Shown: one piece after another, positions 63,404 through 64,000 of the stretch
How positions within the stretch are numbered: position 1 is the stretch's first letter
Layout: each line of letters begins with the position of its first letter
Source of the DNA: Convolutriloba macropyga
Lineage: Eukaryota
NCBI RefSeq assembly: GCF_964194025.1
Contig: NC_134469.1
Coordinates: forward strand, 1,922,001-1,986,000
Length of the DNA stretch: 64,000 nucleotides
Direction: 5' to 3'
Notes under the pieces: model-generated
What the model saw: only the letters and a program-made list of their open reading frames with translations
Database searches by the model: none
What the model was told of the DNA's origin: nothing
Program-made: the position numbers and the translations under genes

Positions 63404-63670
63404 ATGGGCGATGGTCTGATTAGCATCGTGATCAAATGGCAGGGCAAAGAGTACGAATTGGACGGCCTGGAGGGCTCCACCTCAGTTGAAGATGTGAAGA
63501 AACAGCTGCAGGACAAAACGAGTGTGAGATGTGAGAACCAGAAGCTAATTGGATTGAAGCACAAGAAGGCAGGAACTGCAGTTGTTGATGCAACTGTGTT
63601 GAGCGACTTGAACTTGAAGAAGAATGCCAAAATTATGATGATGGGTACTGTCGATGAAGAGATTGAAAAA
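63404..63670 (+). CDS. UBLCP1: Ubiquitin-like domain-containing CTD phosphatase 1, first coding exon (UBL domain)
   Basis: IVIKWQGKEYEL...V.DVK..L...T.V..ENQKLIGLK...L.LK.N.KIMMMGT.E matches the UBLCP1 N-terminus; donor AAA|GTTAGT, phase 0. The rest of the gene lies beyond the window. Confidence 0.88.
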
Positions 63671-64000
63671 GTTAGTTATAATATTGTCTTTCCTTCTCAA
63701 AATATAGTTTTCGGTTACATGGCAATATACCAAATGTGCCAATATACTCAATCTAATTATACCCAGTTTATAAAACCCCAGATTACTGCAACCAGTTTAA
63801 GCGTTGGTCCAAAGTACCTACATTACAAATGAAAAAGATCATGGCTGATCTATAGTGGCTGTATTTTTAGATCTCTCTAAGGCCTTCGATTCAATATCTC
63901 ATAGAAAACACCTCAACAAGTTAATTGATATCGATTTATGCACCGATTCTGTAGAACTTTCAACATCCTATCTCAACCATAGATAACAAAAAGTGACATT

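Noticed and set aside
63671-63832. C-terminal part of ORF 63404..63832 (likewise 56274-56323 and 50101-50158)
   Set aside because: Read-through into introns past clear GT donors; homology stops at the donor.

Overview
This is AT-rich eukaryotic DNA, probably from an invertebrate animal; the exact host cannot be determined from this window. The left two-thirds are decayed virus-like elements. (A) Positions 1-10234 are the right part of a Polinton/Maverick. It has a disrupted protein-primed DNA polymerase B gene (C2H2 fingers, OTU-like motif, EndoVII/HNH insert) interrupted by a 146-bp spliceosomal intron, ends in a canonical ...ACTACT terminus, and abuts a MULE transposase remnant. (B) Positions 15549-40099 are a second, diverged Polinton with ~1.3-1.7 kb TIRs and a degenerate 6-bp TSD. 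It retains packaging ATPase, integrase, and minor and major capsid remnants but has no visible polymerase. It is interrupted by a partly duplicated BEL/Pao retrotransposon and a Merlin-like MITE, and its right arm is locally amplified 3-4 fold. Both Polintons share three accessory genes: a PC4-like ssDNA-binding protein, an adjacent HUH-motif (HYH) protein and an orphan NLS-bearing protein. The right third holds a CRE-clade non-LTR fragment nested in a MITE, tandem and foldback repeats, and three spliced host genes on the + strand. These are a single-pass membrane protein with an SEA-like domain, PTRH2 (with an L1/Tx1 LINE and a 250-bp hairpin in its intron) and the first coding exon of UBLCP1. 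All family assignments are from motif recognition by eye; no searches were run.
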